From positions 183,056-247,055 of the forward strand of contig CAWGKG010000005.1 in the NCBI GenBank assembly GCA_963823035.1: a stretch of DNA of 64,000 nt, written 5' to 3'. Positions 63,559-64,000 of the stretch are shown piece by piece. Made by a program: the position numbers and the translations under genes. How positions within the stretch are numbered: the stretch's first letter is position 1; each line of letters begins with the position of its first letter. The stretch is from an uncultured Gemmatimonadales bacterium. Its GTDB lineage: Bacteria > Gemmatimonadota > Gemmatimonadetes > Longimicrobiales > Gaopeijiaceae. Below the pieces are notes generated by a model. It ran no database searches. It was given only the letters and a program-made list of their open reading frames with translations, and was not told the DNA's origin.

Positions 63559-64000
63559 TCAGCGAGAACCTGCCCGTCCTCCAGGTCGTGGTGCCGCTGC
63601 TGTGCGCACCCCTCACCGCGCTCGTGCGCCGACCGCGCCTGTCGTGGCTCATCTCATGGTCGCGGCGATCTGGGCCTTCGCGTGGCGGTCACGCTGCTCT
63701 CCCGTGTGCTGGCACACGGCGCCATCGACTACGAGATCGGCGGGTGGCCGCCGCCGTGGGGCATCGCCTACCGCATCGACGAGGTGAACGCGTTCGTCCT
63801 GGTGATCGTGTCCACCATCGCCACGGTCGTGCTGCCCTACGCCCGGACCAGCGTGGAGCACGAGATCTAGGAGGATCGGATGCCGCTGTTCTACACGGCG
63901 TTGACGCTGTGCATGACCGGGCTGCTCGGCATCACCGTCACGGGCGACGTCTTCAACGTCTTCGTCTTCCTGGAGATCTCGTCGCTGTCGGCCTACGCGC
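63555..64000 (+). CDS. mrpD: Mrp subunit D, 5' part (frameshift ~63620-63680, in-frame TAG at 63868; runs off the window)
   Basis: MISENLPVLQVVVPL; GGWPPPWGIAYRID; TGDVFNVFVFLEISSL. Confidence 0.88.
   Translation, partial: MISENLPVLQVVVPLLCAPLTALVRRPRLSWLISWSRRSGPSRGGHAALPCAGTRRHRLRDRRVAAAVGHRLPHRRGERVRPGDRVHHRHGRAALRPDQRGARDLGGSDAAVLHGVDAVHDRAARHHRHGRRLQRLRLPGDLVAVGLR

Overview
High-GC bacterial chromosomal segment. Gene content (three SusC/SusD pairs without Bacteroidota-like AT richness, Big_2+PD40 lipoproteins, VPS10/BNR hydrolase, M14 peptidase, ADOP-type permease) suggests Gemmatimonadota; this is inference only. About 20 clearly recognisable genes are broken by 1-nt frameshifts, most simply explained by an unpolished long-read consensus, so broken genes are reported as single loci. 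Content from left to right: a methyl-accepting chemotaxis protein with a Cys-rich PAS domain (runs off the left edge, absent from the ORF track); a porin remnant; an unannotated 54-aa Cys-rich membrane peptide; an MtfA-family peptidase; two tandem SusC/SusD pairs plus GH18; an Ig/TolB lipoprotein; an ABC permease and an orphan HExxH metalloprotease, each preceded by the same palindromic operator; TlpA, lspA, CNNM, osmC, M14, SDR and M20; mlaEFD; a sigma54-type promoter ahead of a beta-barrel and a secreted Tyr/Gly low-complexity protein; tetraheme cytochrome c3 and a deleted NapC/NirT multiheme gene; a peptidase-PD40-Omp85 fusion; a BNR-TlpA-DSD1-heptose kinase-RidA operon; a third SusC/SusD locus with VPS10 hydrolase; ALDH16-like/deoC; tRNA-Sec (selC); lpxH and lptE; and an Mrp antiporter operon running off the right edge. 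No CRISPR array, rRNA, integrase or transposase was recognised. The best candidates for something undescribed are the TACGAA-N4-TTCGTA operator pair with its target genes, the sigma54 barrel + YG-repeat protein pair, the long structured SusC leaders and the small Cys-rich ORF. None can be shown to be novel without database searches.
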